Positions 1 to 9,794 are shown, numbered from the stretch's first letter. The stretch is 64,000 nt of DNA from Vulcanimicrobiota bacterium (GCA_963723515.1 CAVRQT010000002.1:160001-224000); one strand, 5' to 3'. Notes: generated from the sequence alone by a model not told the origin. Made by a program: numbers and translations.

Positions 1-400
1 GCAGTTGCGCCCGCTGGCAATAGAAGCGCTGCGCTCGCTCGGCGTCACGACGCACGAACGCGGCACAATCGTGGTCATCGCCGGACCCCGCTTTTCAACC
101 CGCGCGGAATCCAAGTGGTACTCGAGCGCCGGTTGGGAAGTGATCAATATGACCAACTATCCCGAATGTTATCTGGCGCGCGAACTGGAGATGTGCTATG
201 TCAACATCTCCCTGATCACCGACTACGACGTGGGTCTGGAAGGGCAAGAAGGCATCAAGCCGGTTTCTCATCACGAAGTGATCGAGGTCTTCACTCGCAA
301 CAATGCACGTGTGCGAGATGCGATCTATTCGATTATCGAAAAGATGCCGCAGGATCGAACGTGTGAATGCGGCAGCGCGTTGCAAGGAGCACGGCTATAA
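1..400 (+). CDS. mtnP: S-methyl-5'-thioadenosine phosphorylase (5' truncated by window edge)
   Basis: PNP/MTAP motifs GPRFSTRAES, INMT..PE..LARE, SLITDYD. Confidence 0.9.
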   Translation, partial: QLRPLAIEALRSLGVTTHERGTIVVIAGPRFSTRAESKWYSSAGWEVINMTNYPECYLARELEMCYVNISLITDYDVGLEGQEGIKPVSHHEVIEVFTRNNARVRDAIYSIIEKMPQDRTCECGSALQGARL

Positions 401-401
401 G

Positions 402-1100
402 ATGCGCCGCCTTCAAGGCGTCGATCTCTCGATCTATGCGCGCGCTGTTGCGATCGTCGGTCGCAACCCGGTGATCTTCGTCTTTCCGATCCTCGCGACG
501 ATTCTCAAGATCGCGCTGGGCTTTTTGCGCGGTCCTCTCTTCGATCCGGTCGGCGGATATGATTTCGGGTTATTTCAACTGCTCTTCTCGTTAATCGACG
601 GCTTCGCGTTCGGACTTGCACTAATTGCAGCGGAAAACGCTTGGCGTTCGAGCCGTTTCTCCTTTGCATCGATCTGGGACGAAGGCCGCGAGAAAATGGG
701 GAACATCCTGCTCGCGACAATCGGCCTGGTTTTCGTCGTCTGGGTCGCGAGCTTGCTCGGGGGCTTCCTAGGGGTACTAGCACTGCTGCTGCCCGCGATT
801 GCGCTCTTTTTCCTTATCTATACGATTCCGGCGGCGGCGATCGGCGGCATACCCGGCGGCGCGGCGCTTTCCGCGTCGATCCAACGCGTGAAGCAAAGCC
901 CTCTAGCGGCGGCGTTGCTCGTGATCGTCTCCTTGCTGCTCTACTTCTATGTCGGCGTAATCTTAGGGGCGTACATCGGCACCGCGGTCGGTTTTCTCGC
1001 GCCTTATGCTACGGCGATCATTCAAGCGGTCGTCATCGCCTATCTCGCGGCGGTCACCGCCCAGCAGTATGACGACTTGGCGTTCTCCCGTCGGTATTAA
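402..1100 (+). CDS. Hypothetical multi-pass membrane protein
   Basis: ATG 1 nt after the mtnP stop, preceded by AAGGAG; ~6 hydrophobic segments. Confidence 0.7.
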   Translation: MRRLQGVDLSIYARAVAIVGRNPVIFVFPILATILKIALGFLRGPLFDPVGGYDFGLFQLLFSLIDGFAFGLALIAAENAWRSSRFSFASIWDEGREKMGNILLATIGLVFVVWVASLLGGFLGVLALLLPAIALFFLIYTIPAAAIGGIPGGAALSASIQRVKQSPLAAALLVIVSLLLYFYVGVILGAYIGTAVGFLAPYATAIIQAVVIAYLAAVTAQQYDDLAFSRRY

Positions 1101-2111
1101 TCCGGCTAAACCAGAAAGGTGCATGCGCACCATTTCGGCGACGATTCCCGGTGTTACGTTCGTTCGTGAGAGTTTCTGCGCTTCAGTCAATCGCGTGAGC
1201 ACGCGAAATGCATCCGGCGGTGCAAGGGGCGGCAATCGTGCAATTGACGATGCGAGATCGGGCGCCAGCATCGGCGTGCCTTTTCCGGCCACCGTCAAGG
1301 CGCACCAGTCACGCACGAGCGTCTTGATCGTTTCAAGCGCCTCCTCGAGCGTTTCGCGTGACGCCCAAATCGCTTCGGGTGATCTGCCCCGCACGACTTC
1401 GAAAAACCACTCGGTCACTTGATCGCGGAGCGTCTCTTCGTCCGCAGTCAGCGCCGCGCGAGCCCGCGTAACGCTCCCTTGGCCGATCGCGGCCGCTTCG
1501 CGTGCTTCCTCCGGCGAAACGTTTTCTGCACGAAGCACCTGCTCGATCTGACTGCGCGAAAGTGGATTGAAATGCACCTCACACAGTCGGGAGCGAATCG
1601 TCGGCAAGAGTCTGCCCGGTGTTGCCGTGCTGACCAATATGATGACAGATGACGGCGGCTCTTCGAAGAACTTCAGCAGCGCGTTTGCAGCTTCATGAGA
1701 AGCAAAGTCCGCATCTCCGAAAATGAAGATGCGATAACCACCTGCGTACGATTGCAGCGAAAATTGCCGCACAAGGTCTCGCGACGTCATTTCCTCGGTT
1801 CCGAAAGCGGCGCGCTTCTCGTCATGACCGATCGCGATGGCGCCGACGCTCTCGACGACATCAGGATGCCTTCCTTTTTCAACCATTCTGCAGGCGGTAC
1901 AGGTGCCGTCATAACCAAGAACGTGTTCTTTTGGTGCTTCACACAAGAGCGATTGCGCAAGACGACGCGCGAAAGTCTTCTTTCCAACACCGTGTGGGCC
2001 GGTGAAGAGATAGCCGTGCGCCAGATCGGCTGGAGTCAGCCGTGAGAAATACCGTTTTGCATCATCCGCCCCAATGACGGCGAACTGAAGCTCTGCCTCA
2101 GCCTGCGGCAA
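963..2111 (-). CDS. holB: DNA polymerase III subunit delta' (3' end uncertain)
   Basis: HGYLFTGPHGVGKK, Zn-site C..C, AANALLKFFEEP, LLPTIRSR; follows tmk. Confidence 0.9.
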   Translation of the reverse strand: MPQAEAELQFAVIGADDAKRYFSRLTPADLAHGYLFTGPHGVGKKTFARRLAQSLLCEAPKEHVLGYDGTCTACRMVEKGRHPDVVESVGAIAIGHDEKRAAFGTEEMTSRDLVRQFSLQSYAGGYRIFIFGDADFASHEAANALLKFFEEPPSSVIILVSTATPGRLLPTIRSRLCEVHFNPLSRSQIEQVLRAENVSPEEAREAAAIGQGSVTRARAALTADEETLRDQVTEWFFEVVRGRSPEAIWASRETLEEALETIKTLVRDWCALTVAGKGTPMLAPDLASSIARLPPLAPPDAFRVLTRLTEAQKLSRTNVTPGIVAEMVRMHLSGLAGLIPTGERQVVILLGGDRREIGDDDRLNDRRSIRREKTDRGADVRP

Positions 2112-2733
2112 GTTCTTCGTAGCCGCGAAGCGCTCCGAGCGCCTCTCTCAACAATTGTTCCTCCGCCATTGTGCCATCGAGCAGCCGAATGCGATGCGGA
2201 TCGGCCTTCGCGAGCTCGAGGTAACCGTTTCGAACGCGTTCGTGAAAGGCGTCGTCCTCACGATCGAGACGATCCTGCGCGCGTCCATCATCTCGCTCGC
2301 GACGTGCAACGCGTTGTCGCGATGTTGCAACGGGGATGTCGACAAAATAGCTAATGTCCGGAACGAGGCCGGTTGCTGCCGCTTCGCTGAGCGTTCGCAA
2401 CATCGAAAGATCCAGTCCGCGCCCAAACCCTTGATAGGCGATCGTCGAGTCGATGAAGCGGTCGCAGAGCACAATTCTCTCCGTGCGTAGTGCCGGCTGA
2501 ATTACTTCGGCAATTAAATGCTGGCGCGAGGCGTTGAGCAGCAACGCTTCGGCAAGCGGCGCGATCGTCAAGCTGCGGTCCAAGAAAATGCCGCGTATGC
2601 GGTCGCCGACAGGCGTCCCCCCGGGTTCATGTGTTTCTATTACATCGCGACCTTCAGCTCGCAGTGACCGTGCGACGCCACGCATCAGCGTCGTCTTTCC
2701 GCTCCCTTCGATGCCTTCGAATGTGATCAACAT
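2098..2733 (-). CDS. tmk: dTMP kinase
   Basis: ITFEGIEGSGKTT, EPGGT, CDRFIDSTIAYQG. Confidence 0.95.
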   Translation of the reverse strand: MLITFEGIEGSGKTTLMRGVARSLRAEGRDVIETHEPGGTPVGDRIRGIFLDRSLTIAPLAEALLLNASRQHLIAEVIQPALRTERIVLCDRFIDSTIAYQGFGRGLDLSMLRTLSEAAATGLVPDISYFVDIPVATSRQRVARRERDDGRAQDRLDREDDAFHERVRNGYLELAKADPHRIRLLDGTMAEEQLLREALGALRGYEELAAG

Positions 2734-2745
2734 GGTTTTTAGAAG

Positions 2746-2819
2746 CGCGCCCGGAGGGACTCGAACCCCCGACCCTCGCGTTCGAAGCGCGATACTCTAT
2801 CCAGCTGAGCTACGAGCGC
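2746..2819 (-). tRNA. tRNA-Arg, anticodon TCG, CCA not encoded
   Basis: Minus strand GCGCTCGTAGCTCAGCTGGATAGAGTA-TCGCG-CTTCGAA-CGCGA-GGGTCGGGGGTTCGAGTCCCTCCGGGCGCG folds as a canonical cloverleaf. Confidence 0.93.
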
Positions 2820-2838
2820 ACGTTCCTTCTAAATCTAC

Positions 2839-3351
2839 CTATGCACGCCGCCATACGAGCTTGCTCGTATTTCCCCAAATCTCCGGCGGCAGCGTCCGAA
2901 TTATCAGCGCGTCGCCACTAAGTTCGAAGGCTCGCTCGAGCGTCGTGCCGACGAGGTTCGTCCAGATACAGGTTTCGACTTTGTGGAAGACATGGTTGCC
3001 ACGCACCTCATAGGTTCCCGCGTAAGCTAAGAAGTTGCGCAAGGCGCCGGCGCGTTCTTCGACCGTTGATGAAGATGCATCGGGGGCGACGAGCTTGGGA
3101 CGATGCGCGGCCGAGAGCGTCGCCGAAACGCGACCGCTCACGGTGTAGATCAAGTAGCCGACCGGATGCGGCCCGAAGCGAGGCGTCGTGGCGCCGTTTT
3201 CGCCGACCTGATCGAACGACTCGAGCTTCCACGCGCCAACAACGCTTTGCGTGGCCGCGCGGGCGGGAAGGCCGAGCGTCGCAACGAGTCCCGCCGAAAC
3301 AACGCCTTGAAGCGCACCCTTGCGTGAGAGCACCGGCGCATGGATTTCCAT
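2839..3351 (-). CDS. Lipocalin-like domain protein with Tat-like signal peptide
   Basis: VGAWKLES, GYLIYT..GR, AYAGTY, LVWRR typical of the Lipocalin_5-like family; N-terminal SRK..L + hydrophobic stretch + ARA. Confidence 0.75.
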   Translation of the reverse strand: MEIHAPVLSRKGALQGVVSAGLVATLGLPARAATQSVVGAWKLESFDQVGENGATTPRFGPHPVGYLIYTVSGRVSATLSAAHRPKLVAPDASSSTVEERAGALRNFLAYAGTYEVRGNHVFHKVETCIWTNLVGTTLERAFELSGDALIIRTLPPEIWGNTSKLVWRRA

Positions 3352-3360
3352 CATTCCTCC

Positions 3361-3651
3361 TTATTCGCGATCTTCGTAAGAAGTGCGCACGCTGCTCAAG
3401 CGCATGTTGCCGCGCGCGTGCGTACCGTCGGCGAGCAGTACCTCGGCATCGAAGCCCGGATAGAGCCGCCGGAAACGCCGTTCTTTCCAGCCTTCAACCG
3501 TCATGCGTCCCGGCGCGCCCTTTTCAAAGCGTCCGGCGTAGCCGGAGATGCCTTCGCGGTCACCGCGGATGTCACGGCCGAACTGCGTGAAAATCACGTC
3601 GAAGTGCTCGACGTTTGCGATCTGATTCTCGACGCGCTTGATTGTCGCCAA
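3361..3651 (-). CDS. Hypothetical protein (96 aa)
   Basis: Fills the gap in a co-oriented operon, 3 nt after the upstream stop; protein-like composition. Confidence 0.65.
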   Translation of the reverse strand: MATIKRVENQIANVEHFDVIFTQFGRDIRGDREGISGYAGRFEKGAPGRMTVEGWKERRFRRLYPGFDAEVLLADGTHARGNMRLSSVRTSYEDRE

Positions 3652-3654
3652 ACG

Positions 3655-5202
3655 CTAGAGTTCGGCTTCTTTGAAGATTTGAACGCGGCGATTCGGCTCG
3701 AGACCGGTGCTTCGCGACTGCAGCCGATAGCGCTCCGCCAATTGATGCTGCATTCGGCGCACGTATGAGGTTTGCGGAGAAAGTTCGACGGCCTGATTGT
3801 TGAGCATCACTTGGTAGACTGCTTCTTCCGCTTCGCGCAAGGCGACTTCCTCAACGTCAATCGGCGGCAGGTTGAAGACGTCCTTGAGCGCGTTCTGAAT
3901 CTGCGTCGTCGTATTCGTCTTTATCGAGTAGATCGGGATGTTTTCGGAAGCGATCTCTCTGAGTTTGGCCGATTCTTTACGCTCCAAGGTCTTGAGCGTT
4001 AGCACGACGTCGGCGTCGTCCCAGTTGCGCGCGACGGCAGCATTGAGACGTAGATTGTGGATCGCTCGCTCGATCTTGTTGCGCGAGACGCCGTAGGGGA
4101 AGATCAGGAGCGTTCTTTGCGACTCATCCGCATTTGCCAGGTGCTCATCAGCGTACGTGGCCGCGAGGCGCGGCATCGATTCTGGATTCGCTTCTTGGAC
4201 GATCGTAACTGAGCCGCTGGGCGTGCGCTGACGAACCTCAGGTTGCGGCTGATAGCCGCGGAGCAACGCATCAACGACGTCCGCGACGTTTTGGTGAATT
4301 GCCAAGCGATCGCGATCTTGGATCTCGATCACCACGTCAAAGGTCGGCGGCGCCTTGCGCTCCAGAACGGTCTTACGCGTGCCCCGGCGGCGCGCTTCTT
4401 CATCTGATAGCGTCACTGCGCCGATGCCGCCGAGGAGATCGGCCAGGGTCGGATTCATCAAGAGATTTTCGAGCGTCTGACCGTGCGCGGTGCCGATCAG
4501 CACGACGCCGCGCTCCGCGATCGTGCGGGCGGCGATCGCTTCCGCTTCAGTGCCTATTTCATCGATGACGATTACTTCCGGCATGTGATTTTCGACCGCC
4601 TCGATCATCACCGCATGCTGCAGGCCGGGGTCGGCAACGTGCATTCGCCTCGCGAGGCCGATGCCGGGATGTGCGACATCGCCGTCGCCCGCGATTTCAC
4701 TACTCGTGTCGACGATGACGACGCGTTTACGGTCTTCACTCAAGACGCGCGCGCACTCGCGCAGCATCGTTGTCTTGCCGACGCCTGGACGCCCGAGCAA
4801 ACAGATGGACTTTCCGCTGCGAATGACGTCGAGAATGATGTCGATCGTCCCAAAAACCGCTCGACCGACGCGGCACGTCAGCCCAATGATCTTGCCGTTA
4901 CGGTTGCGGATAGCGGAGATGCGGTGCAGCGTCTGTTCTATCCCGGCGCGATTATCCGCACTGAATTCCGAAAGACGCGAACTCACATGCGCGATGTCTT
5001 CATGCGTGACCGGCGTCTCGGAGAGGTAAACGTAGTCGTTTTCAAACCGCGCTTCCGGTGGACGTCCTAGATCGAGGACGATTTCAATAACGCTATCGAG
5101 ATTCGGTAGGCGAACGAGCGATTGCCGGATTTGAAGCGGGAAGATGTCGAGGAGTTGGGTCAGCTCCCAGCCGGGAGCCACCGACGGGGCGTTAACGGTC
5201 AA
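3655..5202 (-). CDS. Ycf45/SpoIIIAA-like AAA+ ATPase with C-terminal R3H domain
   Basis: LDLGRPP, Walker A GRPGVGKT, IVIDEIG, GTAHG; C-terminal RRMQH..AE...S.STG.EPNRRV (R3H). Confidence 0.9.
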   Translation of the reverse strand: MTVNAPSVAPGWELTQLLDIFPLQIRQSLVRLPNLDSVIEIVLDLGRPPEARFENDYVYLSETPVTHEDIAHVSSRLSEFSADNRAGIEQTLHRISAIRNRNGKIIGLTCRVGRAVFGTIDIILDVIRSGKSICLLGRPGVGKTTMLRECARVLSEDRKRVVIVDTSSEIAGDGDVAHPGIGLARRMHVADPGLQHAVMIEAVENHMPEVIVIDEIGTEAEAIAARTIAERGVVLIGTAHGQTLENLLMNPTLADLLGGIGAVTLSDEEARRRGTRKTVLERKAPPTFDVVIEIQDRDRLAIHQNVADVVDALLRGYQPQPEVRQRTPSGSVTIVQEANPESMPRLAATYADEHLANADESQRTLLIFPYGVSRNKIERAIHNLRLNAAVARNWDDADVVLTLKTLERKESAKLREIASENIPIYSIKTNTTTQIQNALKDVFNLPPIDVEEVALREAEEAVYQVMLNNQAVELSPQTSYVRRMQHQLAERYRLQSRSTGLEPNRRVQIFKEAEL

Positions 5203-5213
5203 TACTGATCCTC

Positions 5214-5397
5214 AATAAGGAGTCTCTGATTAAGTCTTCGCGGTTCAGCCGCGTGACGATTTTTCGTCGAGTTCGAGGCCCGAGGACGGACGCAATGCAG
5301 CGTCATTGTGGCCGCCACAGGAACGCTGAAATCGACAAAAAGCGTCCGGGGATGAGTCGCGTGGGACTTGATTAGAGACTCCTTTATTTTTGATTTA
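5214..5397 (+). ncRNA. Candidate structured non-coding RNA (long rod with branched tip), class unknown
   Basis: 5217-5247 pairs with 5353-5384 (31 bp, 6 G-U, 1 bulge); 5255-5270 pairs with 5332-5346; terminal hairpins; U-rich tail. Confidence 0.5.
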
Positions 5398-5426
5398 CGC
5401 ACGGCGAGGACAGGTCCTTCGCGTAC

Positions 5427-6908
5427 TCACTTCACGACGCGAATACGCTTGAGTTGCGGATCGAAGGGTCCTTGCATATGCACGCCGGCCCGCAATTCGA
5501 GATCGAGATAATCGATGATCTCGGCCGTGATCTCTTCTCCGGGGGCGATGACGGGGATGCCGGGCGGATACGGCGTGATGACTTCAGCGCAAATGCGCCC
5601 TTTGCTTGACTTGAAACGCACCGTCTCGGTCGACGCCAGGAACGCCTCACGCGGCGGAATGCGCAGCGGCGGGATCTTCGGCAGTTTGTAGCTTCCTGTT
5701 TTGAGCCGCCGCTCGAGAACACCGGAGGGTGCAAAGATGTCAACGGGACGATCTTCGCGCGCCATTTCACGTACCCCGAAAACCAAACGATCCGCTGCCG
5801 CCTGCGTCGTTCCGATCGTGAAGAGCGCAACGACGTTAAAGAGATCCGCAAGCTCGACTTGCACGTTGTACCGGCCGCGCAAAAGAGCGGACGCCTCGTA
5901 GCCGGTGTAGCCGAGATCTTTGACCGTGATCGTGATTTTCGTGGGATCGAAATTGAAGACGCCTGGACGCCCCACAAGCTCTTTTCCGAAGCAGTAGACG
6001 CCCGGAATCTCGTTGATCGCCGCTCGCGTTTGCTCCGCAAGCGCGATCGTTTTGGAAAGCAGTTCTTCGCCTTCCATCGCCATTTGACGCCGCGCAACAT
6101 CCAGCGAAGCAACGAGCGGCAGATTCGGGGAGGTTGACAGGAAGAGTTTGAGCACCGCATCGAGCCGGTCGAGCGGGATGCGAGCTCCAATTTGATGGAG
6201 CATCGACGACTGCGAGAAGGCGGAGAGCATCTTGTGCGTCGAGTTGACGCAGAGATCCGCGCCCGCCGCTGTGGCCGAAATCGGCAACTGCGGATGAAAA
6301 TGAAAATGCGGACCCCACGCTTCATCGACAAGGACGATCTTGTCGTGCGCATGTGCGATTTCGAAGATGCGTTCGATATCAGCCGCAACGCCGTAATAGG
6401 TTGGGCTGACGACGTAGACTGCCTTGACTTCCGGATGTTGTGCGAGCGTCCGCTCCACCGTCTGCGGCGTTACCGTGTGATCCATGTGGAGCGCCTCATC
6501 GACTTCCGGCTGCATGTAAATGGGGCGCGCGCCGCTCATCACAAGTGAGCCGAGCAAACTCTTGTGCGAGTTGCGAGGCACCGCGACGCCATCGCCCGGA
6601 TTGAGCGCTGCCATCAGCATGCATTGGTTTCCGCTGGTCGAGCCGTTAATCAAGAAGTAGGTACGGTCGGCGCCGTACGCTTGCGCAGCCAGCTTTTGCG
6701 CTTCCAAAATCGATTCGGTCGGTTGTAGGAGGTCGTCAATGCCGGGCATCGGCGTCAAGTCAATCGAGGCGATGTTGTCCCCGACGAACTCGCGAAACGC
6801 ACGGTCCATTCCAATGCCTTGCTTATGGCCCGGCGTATGAAACGGAATCACGCCTGCATCGACGTAGTCCAACAACGCCTGAAAATACGGCGCCCTCGAC
6901 TGATCCAT
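5427..6908 (-). CDS. PLP-dependent Orn/Lys/Arg decarboxylase (Bacillus SpeA-like)
   Basis: FHTPGHKQG, NGSTSG, RNSHKS, VDEAWG, NSTHK (PLP lysine), PYPPGIP. Confidence 0.9.
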   Translation of the reverse strand: MDQSRAPYFQALLDYVDAGVIPFHTPGHKQGIGMDRAFREFVGDNIASIDLTPMPGIDDLLQPTESILEAQKLAAQAYGADRTYFLINGSTSGNQCMLMAALNPGDGVAVPRNSHKSLLGSLVMSGARPIYMQPEVDEALHMDHTVTPQTVERTLAQHPEVKAVYVVSPTYYGVAADIERIFEIAHAHDKIVLVDEAWGPHFHFHPQLPISATAAGADLCVNSTHKMLSAFSQSSMLHQIGARIPLDRLDAVLKLFLSTSPNLPLVASLDVARRQMAMEGEELLSKTIALAEQTRAAINEIPGVYCFGKELVGRPGVFNFDPTKITITVKDLGYTGYEASALLRGRYNVQVELADLFNVVALFTIGTTQAAADRLVFGVREMAREDRPVDIFAPSGVLERRLKTGSYKLPKIPPLRIPPREAFLASTETVRFKSSKGRICAEVITPYPPGIPVIAPGEEITAEIIDYLDLELRAGVHMQGPFDPQLKRIRVVK

Positions 6909-7056
6909 GGAAAAACCCTCGGCTGATGCGGAGAAAGGAGAAACGGAATGCGCGCTAGGCGCGGTCGATCAAGCGTTTCCCTTTGCGGCATGCGAGTGGT
7001 GCGAAATGATGAACGCCGCGCGGCGCAACCCGATTCCGAAAATACGCGGGCGCATC

Positions 7057-8050
7057 TTAAGCTAAGACTTCAAAGCCGAGGCGGTCGAGCATTCGAAAGT
7101 CATCATCGTCGCTTCGCCCCGCCGTCGTCAAGTAATTCCCCAAAACTAGGCCGCTCGCGCCGCTGCGCATGCCGAGGTCCTGCAGGCCGGCCAGCGTAAC
7201 TTCTCGACCGCCGGCGAAGCGAATCAGTGCGTTGGGCAGCGCAAGCCGCGCCATCGCAACGAAGCGCAAGGCTTCCACGGGTTCGACGAGCGAGCGATCG
7301 GCAAACGGCGTTCCCGGACGCGGGTTGAGGAAGTTGATCGGAACCTCTTGCGGTTCAAGTTCTTGGAGTGCTGACAAGAAATCGAGGCGGTCGTCGAGCG
7401 TTTCCCCCATGCCGATGATGCCGCCGCAGCAGAGTTCCATGCCGCACTTCTTCACGAGCAGACAAGTCTGCCATCGTTCTTCGTACGAGTGCGTCGAACA
7501 CACAAAAGGAAAGTAGCGGCGCGACGTTTCGAGGTTGTGGTTGACCTTATCGACGCCGGCAGCAAGAAGCTGCTCGATCTGATCCGCGCGCAAAATGCCA
7601 AGCGAAACGGCAACGCGCAGCGGCAGCTCTTTCTTTATTTCGACGACGGATTCGCAGACGCGCTGCGAGTAACTTGGTGGAGGGGCCACGTACGGCGACG
7701 ACGATGCAAAATTCGCCGGCACCGCGGGCATGCGCCTCCCGCGCTGCATCGATGAACCCTTCAACGGAAGAGAGCGGCTCAGCGTCGACCTCGGTAGCGA
7801 AACGAGCGCTCTGCGAGCAGAAGTTGCAGTCTTCGGAGCAGCCGCCTTTCTTGGCGTTGTAGAGAACTTCGACTGCAACGCCATTGCCGCAGCGCTGCTC
7901 GCGAACGCTGTCTGCAAGCGCCAGCAACGCGCCAACATCGCCCGAGGGAAGGGCCGCAACTTCCCGCAAGATCTTCGCGGTCGCCGGCAGTTCTTGCCGA
8001 AGGACATGCTCTTGCGCGCGCTCCAGCGGCGAATTTATCGGCTCACGCAT
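7057..8050 (-). CDS. bioB: Biotin synthase (frameshift near 7660)
   Basis: Radical SAM CSEDCNFCSQ in one frame; NHNLETS, CCGGIIGMGE, PINFL, GNYLTT in the next. Confidence 0.92.
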
Positions 8051-8711
8051 GCTGGATCGGCTGCGGCATAAAGAGCGGCTCAAACAACTTGGCGGCGTCT
8101 TCGATGCTTCGGCGTTCATCAACTTCATGCGGCGCGACGCCAAGGATTTTCGCGCGCTCGCCGATTGCTCGCGCGACATCTTGACGGAAATCATCCTCAG
8201 TAGCGTTCCAACGCTCGATCAGCACGACGCCCGAAATCGCAACTTGTTTCGCCTCCAACTGAGCAATCGTCAACAGCGTGTGGTTGATGCAGCCCAAACG
8301 TAGGCCGACAACGATGATCGCATGTAATTGGGCAAGCTGCGCCACGTCGACGAAACTTTGCGTCCGATTCAGCGGCACCGCAACGCCGCCCGATCCCTCG
8401 GCGACGATCGCGCCGTTAATGCGGTCGAGCACGATCTTCAGGTCCGCCGCATGAACGGGCGGCATTCCCTCGGCGAGCGCCGCGGCCCATGGATCGGCCG
8501 CTTTCCAAAATCGTGCCAGCTCGAGATGCTGCAGCCCGGTCAATTCACCGGCATGCCGTGCATCGCCGGCAGCACCGTCCGAGGCGCCGGTCTGCACGAG
8601 CTTCACGATCGTCGGTTCAAAGCCGTGATTGCGCAACGCGAGCGCAAGCGCCGCGGTGACTCGAGTCTTACCGACGCCGGTATCCGTGCCGGTTACGAAA
8701 TAGCGGTGCAC
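8043..8711 (-). CDS. bioD: Dethiobiotin synthase
   Basis: FVTGTDTGVGKT, EGSGG, LGCINHTLL. Confidence 0.93.
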   Translation of the reverse strand: MHRYFVTGTDTGVGKTRVTAALALALRNHGFEPTIVKLVQTGASDGAAGDARHAGELTGLQHLELARFWKAADPWAAALAEGMPPVHAADLKIVLDRINGAIVAEGSGGVAVPLNRTQSFVDVAQLAQLHAIIVVGLRLGCINHTLLTIAQLEAKQVAISGVVLIERWNATEDDFRQDVARAIGERAKILGVAPHEVDERRSIEDAAKLFEPLFMPQPIQHA

Positions 8712-9794
8712 GCGGCCAGACTTTCAATGAAGCGCTGTACCTGGTCGTCCGTGTGGTCTGAACGCACGCTGAGGCGCAAACGCGAGGTTCCGTTCGGAAC
8801 GGTCGGCGGACGAATCGCCGGCGCATTGATCGATTGTCGCCGTAACCTTCGTGCGAGTTCGAGCGTCTCCGCAACGTCCCCGATGATCATCGGCACAATC
8901 GGGCCTTCCACCGCCGGAACGTTGAATCCAGCGCCTCGCAACGCTTTCTGAACCTGTTGCGTTAGGTTGCGAATTCGATCCCGACGCTCATCGGCGCTCC
9001 TCGCCAGATAGAGTGCGATCCGAGCGGCAAGCGCGATTGCCGGCGGCAAGGCCGTGTCGAAAATAAACGTTCTCGCGGTATTGACGATCAATTCGACGAT
9101 CGTTGCCGGCGCGGATACGAATCCACCTTGTGCGCCGAGCGCTTTTGAGAGCGTTCCGACGATCACGACGCGTTCGTCCCCGAAATCGACAGCGAGTCCC
9201 GCGCCGTTACGTTCCGGCGACGCCGATGGCGTGCGCTTCGTCGATCAAAAGCACGTCGCCGTCATTGAGATCATCCAACAGCGAGCGTACATCGGCCCGG
9301 TCACCGTCCATACTGAAGATGGACTCCGTTACGATCATTGCCGGCGATGTTCGCTTGCGCTTCGGGGGCAACGCCTTGTGGTCATAAATGAATCGCTGCA
9401 GTTTGGTCAACCGCAGGCCATCGATCAATGAGGCGTGATTTCGTGCATCGGAGTAGGCGGCGCGAACGGTAGATGCAAGCGCGGTGATGGCGCCGATCGC
9501 CGCGAGATAGCCCGACGAAAAGAGCAACGCACGCTCTCGCGCTAGATACGCTGCCAGGTCTTCTTCAAGCAGCCAATGTTCGCGATGCCGTCCGCCCAAG
9601 AGACGCGCGCCGCCGGAGCCCACGCTGTGCGCGCGTTGCAAAGCGGCGAGAACCTGCGGATCGTGCGACATCGCGAGGTAGTCATTGGTTGAAAAATCCA
9701 CGGCGTAGCGTTCGTCGTGCTCTTCAATGGTTCGCAACTGCCCCATCTGCTCGATCCCATCGAGCGCATCGCGCGCGCGTGAGACGTAGCTCAC
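8693..9794 (-). CDS. bioF: 8-amino-7-oxononanoate synthase (frameshift near 9200)
   Basis: FSTNDYL, SSGYLA, NHASLIDG, DEAHAIG; second part GTLSKALG, IRPPTVP. Confidence 0.9.

Noticed and set aside
963..1100. 138-nt convergent overlap of holB with the membrane gene
   Set aside because: The HolB-like sequence ends near 1105; the tail is probably read-through from an indel
2746..3651. Genomic island at the tRNA
   Set aside because: No integrase, no duplicated tRNA 3' end and no evident compositional shift
5214..5397. Retron msr-msd with a1/a2 arms
   Set aside because: No reverse transcriptase in the window
5199..5402. 67-aa minus-strand ORF, or type I toxin mRNA within the long hairpin
   Set aside because: No hydrophobic toxin-like ORF and no start codon properly placed after either AAGGAG; better explained as RNA structure
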